DNA of 64,000 nt, from positions 154,504,001-154,568,000 of the forward strand of contig NC_043000.1 of the NCBI RefSeq assembly GCF_006345805.1, in the 5' to 3' direction. The notes under the pieces were generated by a model. The model saw only the letters and a list, made by a program, of their open reading frames with translations, did not search any database and was not told the origin of the DNA. This stretch comes from Octopus sinensis. Taxonomy: Eukaryota. Numbering within the stretch: the first letter of the stretch is position 1; the number at the start of each line of letters is the position of its first letter. This document shows positions 53,030-64,000 of the stretch, piece by piece. The translations under genes were made by a program, and so were the position numbers.

Positions 53030-55570
53030 ACACTATGTCAAGCAAATCCCACATACAAGAAGTTCGAAACAAAAATATTCCCCATACAGAAATTTACACC
53101 ACACCACAAGCATTAACAACCATAGATTCCCCACACACACAACGATCGGAGGTAACAATACCACCACTCCCCGACAAATACCACACAACCTCACAGACAA
53201 CTCATACAACAAAATTACACCCAACATTTTTTAGCCAGGGACCAGGGACACCAGACACAGGCTGGAACCTAGTAATAAGGAAAAACCGAAGATAATCAAT
53301 CTTTCAACCAAACCTCTTCTAACATAAAAATTGACATCCTCGCAAAAAGGCTCAAATTTACACCAACTCCACGCAGAGCAAACCTAAATGAACTCAGGAT
53401 AATATAACAGAATTTTGCAGAAAATTAAGACTAGCAGAAGCATCAAACAGTTTCAATACTGAAGATGAATCACTAGTCAAGAACAAAAGTGAACACATCC
53501 CACACAGAGGAAGAAATAAAGATCTTGACGAATTCTGTAACCACATTGAGAACTTCCCCTACCATACTATACATAAACAGAAAGCTAACCCAAAATTTAA
53601 CACTACACAATGGAAAGAACTGATAGAACTCCAAAATGATGAAGAATAAACCATTAAGGAAGCGGACAAGGGAAATGCAGTTGTAATAATGGATACATCA
53701 TACTACAGAAATCTTGTAATTTCCTTGCTTGATGAAGACCTACATTATGAAAAAATTACCAACTACACCCCACAAAAAGTAATGAAAACTCTATCTTCAC
53801 TAATTAAAACCCATGAAAAGAACTGACAACCAAAGAGATTGATTCCTAACAAACTTTAAATGCAAACCTAGCCTTTTCTATTGGGCTGCCAAAAATTCAT
53901 AAAAGTCAAATTATAAATGAAACCATAAAAAAATCACCAAAGACATACATACACACACCTAATCCGGGGGACCTAAAACTACGACCCATTGTAGCTGGCC
54001 CAACCTGTGAAACACACAGACTAAGTCTACTTATGGACATCCTCTGAAACCCTTCCTTAAACATATCGATAGCCATATCAGAGATGACTTAGATATGTTA
54101 AACCACCTCCCAAAAAAACCAAGGAAGAAACAATCCTGGTTTCATTTGATGTAGTCAACTTGTATACCAGTATTCCTCATAATTATGACTGGAGGCAATA
54201 CAATTCTGGTTAGACCAATTTCCGGAAGAAATACCAAAAAGGATCAGTAAGGAATTCATTACTAAATCAATTGAATTCATCCTACACAATAACCACTTCA
54301 TGTTTGACAATACATTTTACCGTCAAAAATCCGGAATTGCTATGGGTACAAGGGCAGCACCAGTCATTGCGACTTAACAATGGGATACATGGAAATAATC
54401 ATTTACCAGGAATCTCTATCAATCTTTGGAAACCCTCTCTCAATACATAAAAGAGAATTGGAAACGATTCCTAGACGATTGTTTCATTCTCTGGAATGAA
54501 AACATAGATAAACTCCTAAAATTTAAAAACCTATTGAACAGAACCATCATAACCCAAATATACAGTTCACAATGGAATACAACCAAAAGGAGCTCCCGTT
54601 CTTGGATATACTAATTAAAAAAATTAACCTTAAAATAGAAACAGACATTTTTTACAAAGCCACAGACGCCAAACAATACCTTCTTTTTAATTCATGCCAC
54701 CCAAAAGACACACTAAAACAAACATCCCCTTCAAACCTTGCAAGAAGGATATGCACAATAGTGTCAGAACAAAATACCAGGAACTTTAGACTGCAAGAAC
54801 TCAAAAACACCCTAATTGACAGACATTACCCAGCTCAACTCATAGAGGATGGGATCAGACGTGCAACAGAAATCAACATAGAAACTTTAAGAAAAGTTCA
54901 ACACAACAACACACCTTCCCCGAAAATACTACCTTACATATCTACATACACCCCAGAAACAAAGAAGCCTTCACCATCATCACCCAGAATTTACCAATAC
55001 TTCATAAAAACCCAAAATTAAAGGAAATTTAAACATACACCAAATCATTAAAAGCTACAAACAGCCTAAATCACTTAAAAAGATTCTCACAAAGGCAAAA
55101 CTGTCTTCTAAATTACGGATGCAAAAGTAAAAAAATGTGGTAGATCGAACTGTGCAACATGTCCTAACCTATTGGAAGGATCAGAATTTCTTTAAGAGGG
55201 ACAGAAATTTAAGATCAAATCTAACTTTACTTGTGCCTCTGAAAACATAATTTATGTTATTAAATGCTCGGGCTGCCACCAAGACTACGTGGGTTCCACG
55301 GGACTATCACTCAGGCGCAGATGCACACTGCATCGACAACAGATTGCATTCCCAGAATATAGAATGATACCTTTTAGTGAGCACATTGAGAAATGCGCCA
55401 AAAGCAACTACTGCCACAATTTTTAATCTTCCCATTTTACCAATGTGCTTTCGGATCATCAACACAAATGAGACTGAACAAGGAAACATTCTTCATTGAA
55501 AAGTACAAACCCAGACTCAACCATCCGAACATACTGACCACAGAGAAATTAACAAGGAAAAAGGAAAAAA
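53030..55570 (+). pseudogene. Penelope-like retroelement ORF (RT plus GIY-YIG endonuclease), frameshifted
   Basis: IKEADKGNAVVIMD, PKIHK, LRPIVAG, LVSFDVVNLYTSIP, GIAMGT, WKRFLDDCF, IYVIKCSGCHQDYVGST, FFIEKYKPRLN. Confidence 0.92.
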
Positions 55571-55862
55571 AAAAAAAAATTTTAAGCGATTATCTCCCCT
55601 ACACCGGAAAAAATCACTCACTACCTCCCCTTATTTAGAAATCTCCTGGAAATAAAAACAACGATAATTCCATGCAATATAAACATAACGTCACAAGAAA
55701 TTTGAAAAGCTACACGCGAAACGGTATTTCTTTAAAAATTTTAAAATTATGTCATTTTAAGGAAAGGAAAAAAATTTTTCCAATATTCTCCAGACATTTT
55801 GACACAAATATATATATTTTTTAACATTTAGCCTTCTGTCGTTTTTTCACACTTACTATTTT

Positions 55863-56000
<138 letters not shown>

Positions 56001-56033
56001 TACATACATACATATGTATATATATATATATAT

Positions 56034-56095
<62 letters not shown>

Positions 56096-56769
56096 CGATA
56101 GGCGTCTTTCAGTTTCTGTCTACGAAATTTACTCACAAGGCTTTGGTCGGTTCGGTGCTGTAGTAGAAGACACTTGCTCAAGGTGCCCTGCAGTGGGACT
56201 GAACACAAGACTACATTGTGGGAAAGCAAGCTTCTTACTACACAGTCACACACACGCGCGCGCGCGCATATTTAATATAATACATAATATATTTGTGTGT
56301 ATGAGTGCATTTTCATGTATATGTACTTATGTAAATAAGGAATGGTTTCCTTTCAAACTATTGTAAAAATGCCATTATGTCCGAGTTTGGACTTTTTTAG
56401 TAATGATTTTTTGCTGTCTTATTTTTTTGTTTGCTTTAGAACAATAACATTCCTCGATCAATTAGTCTGGCGTTTCGAAACTTTCAGAATCTCATTTTCA
56501 AAATTGGCTCTTGTGATTGGAGTGTTAATAGCGGCGCACTCTCGCTCATAATCACAAACAAGTTCTCGATTTTTCACAAGATAGATATTGAATAATTGTC
56601 ACTCAGATGAAATATGTTAGCAACGTATAGAACGTAAATCTCATGATGTATACAGTTGAATATTTTACAATGGTACAAGTATTTTCATACATCAGTGCTT
56701 TTTCAAACGTACAAACTTACGAAAAGAATTATGTACTACAGCGTTATCTGTCTATCTATTTATCTATAT

Positions 56770-57168
56770 ATATCTGGTAAACTATGTATAACACATATGA
56801 CCAAGGTTACCGTGGTCTTTTTCGTAGGCTTTTCTTCCCCAGGGATAAACCTTACTTGCTTTCCCCTTTACACCATACATCATAACACTGTGATACACGA
56901 TCCCTATTGATCATTTTTTTTCTCCTCTTCCCCTTTTTTCTCCCTTTTTTTTCTTTTTTTCATTTCTCTTTTCTTTTGTTCCTTTTCCTTTTTTCTTTTT
57001 TTTCTTCTTCTTTTTTCCCCTTTTACGATCCCTTTTGATGGAAAACCTACGCCACCTTTTTTTGTTTCTTTTGTTTTTTGTTTTTTGTTTTTTTCATCCC
57101 CCAAAAGAAAAGCTCTACTTTGTAACTTGTCCCATCTGTGTGCAGCCCTGTGTGGCCAATAAAGAAAC
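56770..57168 (+). mobile_element. Probable 3' UTR of a second Tx1-type LINE inserted in (TATC)n
   Basis: T-rich sequence ending TGTCCCATCTGTGTGCAGCCCTGTGTGGCCAATAAAGAAACT, similar to the 31454 terminus; TATC repeats on both sides. Confidence 0.55.
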
Positions 57169-57185
57169 TTATCTATCTATCTATC

Positions 57186-57416
57186 TGTTTCATTGTTACC
57201 CACAAGGACTAAACACAGAGGGGACAAACAAGGACAGACAAACGGATTAAGTTGATTACATCGACCCCAGTGCGTAACTGGTACTTAATTTATCGACCTC
57301 GAAAGGATGAAAGGCAAAGTCGACCTCGGCGGAATTTGAACTCAGAATGTAACGGCAAACGAAATACGGCTACGCATTTCGCCCGGCGTGCTAACGGTTC
57401 TGCCAGCTCGCCGCCT
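57186..57416 (-). mobile_element. SINE family A with Tx1-like tail, within (TATC)n
   Basis: Full head, body and tail. Confidence 0.9.
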
Positions 57417-57449
57417 TAAATTATCTATCTATCTATCTATCGCTGCAGT

Positions 57450-57485
<36 letters not shown>

Positions 57486-57981
57486 AGACACACACACATT
57501 TACACATTTACAGAAGTCAAACACATATAATAATAAACAAACGGATGGAAAGACATACTAAAGGCACTGAATGCACAGGCGAACGGAGAACAAACTGAGA
57601 TCACAAATTCTTTATAAATTATCGGCCTGGGCGTCGAGCGCAATTTCATAGCAGTATCGATAATATTGCATCCATCCTGGAGGCAAACAGCAAGAGAACT
57701 TTCTGGGGGAAGTGACTAAAACATAACAAAACAAGACACGCAACAAGGAGGAACGAGGGACAGACAACAAAAAACAAACAAACAAATAAACAGAATATGG
57801 CCTTCGGGCGAAGCGAAGGCAACAAAAAAATATAATAATACATATACGACAAAAAAACAAAAGAAAACCCAAAAAACCCCCAACAAAAACCAATAATACA
57901 CGACGAAAAAACAGTGGGTTAGCAGCCAAAGAAATGTGGAGTAAAGCAAAGGAACACACACACATACACACAGATAGATAG

Positions 57982-58040
<59 letters not shown>

Positions 58041-58485
58041 GCATATAGATACATATAATATGTATATATAATATATGTATATATATATATATATATACTC
58101 ACATACACATATATATATATAGGGTAATATAGGCTCAATGTGTTAAACTCACTTCTTTCCCCAAGGGTCAAGCTAATATATTTCTTGTGCTCGTCTTCAT
58201 GTTCTTTTCCATTTTCTTTTTTTTTCGTTTTTATTCGTGTTTGTTAAATGTTTTGTTCATTGAATTGACTATATATATACAAATATATATATATATATGT
58301 GTATATATATATATATATTATATATATATATATCTTATATATATATATATATATATGTATGTATATATATATATATATATATAAAATATATATATGTATG
58401 TATATATATATGTATGTATATATAATATATATTATATATATAGTAAATATATATTATTATATGTATGTATATATATATATATATA

Positions 58486-58525
<40 letters not shown>

Positions 58526-58533
58526 TATAACAT

Positions 58534-59290
58534 CAGAGACTTGGGAGTAATTGTGACAACAACATAAGCTGGGCCACTCATATTAAACACCAAAGTTGAC
58601 ATGGCCCCGCAGAATGTGTTCCTGGATTCTCAGAACTTTCCAGTCGAGAGATATCCACACCATTATCTTCTCTTCTCCACTTTTGCCCGACCCCACCTTG
58701 AATACTGTTGTCCACTCTGTCTCCCCACACAATACAAAGTATCATAAAAGTTGAAGCACCTCAAAGGGCAATCACAAAAAAGATAGATGGCATGACAGGC
58801 CTCAACTATTGGGGTCGACTAGAAAAGCTAAAACTTTATTCTCTCCAACGTCGTCGTGAGCGCTACATCATTGCATGATGTGGAAATCCATCAGCATTGC
58901 CCAAATGATGTTGGCATCACCTTTAAGGTACATCCAAGGTTTGGGCCCCGTGCCATCCGCCCAAAACAAAAATCGCACTCTCATCTCATAACAACAATAC
59001 GGCAAAACTATTTCACCTCAATTGCCCCGCTCTCTTTAACATTACACCAAAACACATTAAAAACAGAAACTGACCCTATAGGGTCAAGAAGTCTTTGGAA
59101 GATTCCTTCAAGAAATCCCGGATAAACCCCCTACACCCGGATATGTCTCTGTAAACAATAACTCTCTACTTGAGTGGGCTATAGTGCCCAAATTCTGACT
59201 TGAAAGACTTCACCAGGTGGTGCTATTAAGTTAGACATGGCCTGGGCCAATAATGGCCGGAAACCTATCAAAGTATCAAAGTATCAAAGT
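58534..59290 (+). mobile_element. 5'-truncated CR1-group LINE 3' end
   Basis: RDLGVIV..., WILRTFQSRD, RPHLEYCCPL, NYWGRLEKLKLYSLQRRRERY; terminal (ATCAAAGT)n. Confidence 0.9.
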
Positions 59291-59332
59291 ATACATATAT
59301 ATATGTGTATATATATATAATATATGTATATA

Positions 59333-59386
<54 letters not shown>

Positions 59387-59408
59387 CACATATATATATA
59401 TGTATATA

Positions 59409-59457
<49 letters not shown>

Positions 59458-59939
59458 GTGCACATATATTATATATACATATATACATATATAAAAGGTA
59501 TTGGTATCTTGAAGATCCAAAGAGTGGCAGGCAACGCTAAGTGCTATGGACAGACCGTCATCAACATCGAAATGAGTATTACTTGGTAACAATACCATGC
59601 TTTATTTAGTTGTTTTAGGCGCCCCTTCCACTCTTTGGCTCAGCGATAAAACTGTAAACTGATAGGTGGAGAGAGAGAGAGAGAGAGAGAGCTAGTCAAA
59701 CAGGCATAGAGAGAGACAGACAGAAAGCTACATCAGCTTTCAACGGGTACTCCTTTCCAGATGTGTAAACTAGAGCAACGTTAAATGAAGTGTCTTGCTC
59801 AAGGAGACAACATGTCACCCGGTTCAGGAAATGAACCCACGACATTATGATTAACACCTTAGCTGCTTGTTGGCTGAAAAGAGAGCTGTCCGCCAAACAC
59901 ACCTTTTCTGATGAGAAAGCAGCCTTACGCTTTGAGCAC

Positions 59940-60370
59940 AGCAAACTGAAGCTCCAGTTCCATGAGATTCAACTCGCAAAACTCAGTTTTATGCAAATAG
60001 TGGTGACTACAGCGGGTTTTATGAAGTTTTCAAGGTGATGCATGTCCCGTTGCCGCGAGCTCAAAGACTCTTATGCAATGGAGATGGACATGAGCTCTTT
60101 CTTTACAGGCATGGAATTTATCCTAAACCGATGGTGTGAACGTTTCCAAACTCATCTGCTTCATCAGCATGATCCATGACCCAGCAATCCTACAACATTT
60201 AGAGAAAACAAAGCCCAACCCTTGAAGAGTCAAGACAATAAAACAATTAAAAAGTGGTGAAATGTCAGGATCTGATGCAATTCCAAGGTGTTTTGCTTGC
60301 TAAAGGCAATCAGCACTTTCGGCAGCTCGTATAAAAGAAACTGGAATAACAAGCGTCTGAAAGAATGTGT
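59940..60370 (+). pseudogene. Degraded RTE-like LINE fragment
   Basis: ILNRWCERF and TIKKW/GSDAIP-like remnants. Confidence 0.4.
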
Positions 60371-60399
60371 ACAGAGCCAATGTACGAGTTGAAGGTTAC

Positions 60400-60695
60400 C
60401 TACTCCTGTTCCAGAGCGTCGGCTGCGGGGTCATTCCGAAAAGCTCTATCTGCGACGATTTCATCTCAATCAAAGGAGAGGGGCTTTCTCCGACCGGGTT
60501 GCGGATCCGTGGAACAAGCTGCCAGACGAGATGGTGAAGATGCCGACGACCGCTTTGTTCAAAGTCTCCCTTGACCTCAAGTGGCCTGAAATCTTTACAT
60601 GAACACCACCCTGTACATAACTCCATGTCCTCCTACATGGCCTTGCTTTTTTGCTTTTTGAGCCCAAAATTAACTAACTAACTAACTAACTACTC
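60400..60695 (+). mobile_element. CR1-group LINE 3' end (second family)
   Basis: LRGHSEKLYLRRFHLNQRRGAFSDRVADPWNKLP; (AACT)n tail. Confidence 0.85.
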
Positions 60696-63042
60696 TGACT
60701 ACATTTTGGTTTCTTCAACGCTTCTGATACTGTTGCTTCCATGATATCCATTGGAATGACTTCATCGCCTACACTGAAGTCCATGAAAGGAGAAATGTTA
60801 AGAATATAGAGACTGTTCTGTTAAAACCACAACCGCACTGTGAAGGCACACTTCTAGTACGAAGTAATATTGCTTACTCGTGATTGTGCTGTATGGCGAA
60901 TATGAAGAACTCTTCACTAGTCACCATGACAGAAGGGCACCGAAGAAGCAATACAAGGACTTTCGAAAGAAAGTTTTAGCAGATCTCCTATTAACTATTG
61001 CTAGTGATCGATAGTAGCAGATGGTGTACACCATCTACTATTATCTCTCCTTCGAGAATGCCGATTGGGCCTACCTCAAAGGAAAATATGGAGAAAGAAC
61101 GATGATATTGCAGTACCAAATTCAGAACTGAATTATTGTTGCAACCGTTACTGCTGGGCCTGCCTGTCTCGTTTAGGTATCGTAGTCCGTAGTACGGTAT
61201 GTCAGTGAACACGATGCGATATTTTCCAGGCAAGGAGAAACTTTACAAGAGATTTGACCAAGTGAACAAAGAGATACTCAATCCAATAGATTTCATTAAT
61301 TGCCCCAAACTATCAGGAATCCAATCGCATATCCAATAACTTCAAAATGGAACAACCATAACGCTGCTGCCGAACCAAGAAAAGAAAAATGGCCAGTATA
61401 TCATAACTAATCCTATGGAACATGACATTGAAGCAAATATTGATTCAGAATAATACATAAGTCGCCTGCTATTTAGCCTTTGAAATCATAATAGTGGCCA
61501 AGAGTCAGGATTTTTCTTTGAGTTTTGAAAGAAGCAATTTCCCGTGAAGCCGCATTGGTCAGACCATGCACCAAATCAATATCACTGTTCTTGCATAGTC
61601 AGCTCTACGTGGTATTGTCAAAGAAGAATTTTAAAGTTGTGGTACCAAGAGTCGAGAAACGGGATAAATAAATAATATTGTGTTCAAGAAAATTTATCAG
61701 TAACTAAAAGTAACTAAAATATTTCAGTAAAGTTTATATATGTACTGAAAGATAAGGAAATAATTTTATTCTCAAACGCAGGATAATGCTAATAATATTG
61801 CATGAATAGGATAAACTACCCATATTTTCTGCAGAAAAATGTGTTTGAGAATAAAATTATTTCATTATCTTGCAATACATCTTAACGCTTCTAAAGCAAA
61901 CTTTGTTTACTTCCATCGTAATTTGAATTTATATATGTAAATTATGCTGACTTATTAAATCAATAGGTTGAAGGTAATTAACCATACAGCATATATATTT
62001 TATATAATATTATTTCCTTTGTATTTCTAACTTGCTGAAGTATGTTTCTGTGGCTCCAAAATTCGGAAGGCTAAACTGGCAGTTGACATAGATTCATAAG
62101 ATTCAACGAAGTCACTTTCAAAGTGGAAGTCAAACGAAAAGCTGCACCTGGTCCTCCAGGTTCTGATTTGGATATGGAGGTAACAAGCCCACTCCGTAAA
62201 TTATCATGTTGCAGAAACTGATATTCGGTCCGAGGCTACAGTAAAAGATACTTGTCCAAAGGATGCGCTATGGGACTGCACCCAGAACCATGTGGTTTGA
62301 AAGCAAACTGCAGCGCCTCGTAGAAAACCTCCTGAAAGTCGGTGGTTCTACTCGTTTCTGTTTATGTGTTTATATATTTAAGTTGAAAATATAGACGCAT
62401 GCCCTTTGTATATTTGGCCGATCTTGGTTTGGGTCCTCTGACATTGAAAGTGGTTTGGTATATAAATTCATCGATGAGAGAGCCGACAATATATCATTCT
62501 TGTGGGGTTTTTTAGGATGCAATTTTAGGAAGAATTAACTATTATATCTCGTAGATCGTGTAAGTGCGTAATGAATTCCTTCTGAGTTCGTGAAATTAAT
62601 ATTAATAGTTTAACATTCTTTCATATTTAACGGTAAATCAACTCACTGGAATTTATTTTTATTCAACGAACATTTACAAAAGTCCATTAGTTTGTGCATT
62701 ATAGCAATTTGTTTGACCTGTTTCCAAGCACCTCTTTAGCAAGTAGAGCAAGCCCATCTAGATAAAATCAAGAATGATCACAACTCAACAGAAACGGATT
62801 TAATTCCACTTGGTTGTTGATTGCTAATTACACACGGTTATTAGTTGTATCTTAATGAATTGTAATTGAAATAATGATAGTCTTTGACTGATATTTAATG
62901 CTCCTAACATTAAACACATCAATATGAATTTAAGTTTAGTTTTTCGTATGAGTGCTTATATCTGAATTATTTATTCTCTGTTCCAACCAACGTAAATATC
63001 ATACAATTACTTAGTGACTGCAAATATCCGTCAAATGTAAAT

Positions 63043-63450
63043 AAGGCGCAGGAGTGGCTGTGTGGTAAGTAGCTTGTTTACCAACCACATGGTTCCGGGT
63101 TCAGTCCCACTGCGTGGCATCTTGGGCAAGTGTCTTCTACTATAGCCTCGGGCCGACCAAAGCCTTGTGAGTGGATTTGGTAGACGGAAACTGAAAGAAG
63201 CCCATCGTATATATATATGCGTGTGTGTGTTTGTGTGTCTGTGTTTGTCTCCCTAGCATTGCTTGACAACCGATGCTGGTGTGTTTATGTCCCCGTTACT
63301 TAGCGGTTCGGCAAAAGAGACCGATAGAATAAGTACTGGGCTTACAAAAGAATAAGTCCCGGAGTCGAGTTGCTCGATTAAAGGCGGTGCTCCAGCATGG
63401 CCGCAGTCAAATGACTGAAACAAGTTAAAGAGTAAAAGAGTAAAAGAATG
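63043..63450 (+). mobile_element. SINE family B, full length
   Basis: Complete head, core and TAAAAGAG tail. Confidence 0.9.
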
Positions 63451-64000
63451 TAAATAATGTAAATAATGTATTATAATTTCTTTTGTTGTTTCGTCCCAGC
63501 TCATCTCTGTTCGAGCAATGTTGCTTCGATCATTCAGAAATAACGTATTTTCAGATATAACGTACATCGAACTACTTTATAATAATGTTCCTAGTTTTTA
63601 ACATAGCTATATGCGGTTTGAAAGAAATTTACCTGCTGTTTCTATCAGATCAATCGAACTCGTAAAATGACGACGAAAATGTTTTTCGGTATTTGATTGC
63701 TTTTCTTTCTCTGAGATCTGACTTTATATTCTACCGCAGTCAGTTTTGCTTCTCTCTCCGTTTAGGTACTACGGGTTCTATAAAATAAAAAGACCAGTAA
63801 AATAGCAAGGCCGATATGCAATAAAAATCTATTCATACTATTCTGTTGTGTATAAATTGCATCTAGATTTTGGGGGCCTAAGTTGTCTCAAAACATTTTA
63901 TAATGCCATGTTTAGTATGTTGTGCTGCACAACAGCTATAATCCTAAATATTAGTCTTCAATAATTCATTTTATATAAAATGTATTGATATATAATAAAA

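Noticed and set aside
55700-55735. Hammerhead-like AGAAAT TTGAAAA GC..GC GAAA CGGTA TTTCT downstream of the Penelope ORF
   Set aside because: The core deviates from CUGANGA and stem III cannot form; at best a decayed relic.

Overview
Repeat-saturated, AT-rich animal genomic DNA, most likely octopus or another cephalopod (inferred from the tRNA-derived SINE families and very dense TA/CA/TATC/TAA microsatellites). No host protein-coding gene can be supported; almost all short ORFs in the track are microsatellite or SINE translations. The window holds a near full-length Tx1-type LINE (31454-36809, minus), a Penelope-like element with an inverted partial copy (52050-55570), a CMC/Chapaev-3-like DNA transposon nested in a LINE, a mariner 5' half, three non-autonomous Helitrons, hAT and Tigger-like MITEs, several LINE remnants and many SINEs. 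Two systems stand out. (1) The Tx1 LINE sits at a 16-nt site inside a SINE with a duplicated target. A subset of that SINE family carries the LINE's 3' tail and appears to insert into its own copies at the same site, building head-less tandem arrays. (2) A ~506-bp tandem array at 14143-15690 carries three intact-looking type I hammerhead ribozymes on the minus strand (retrozyme or Penelope pLTR-like).
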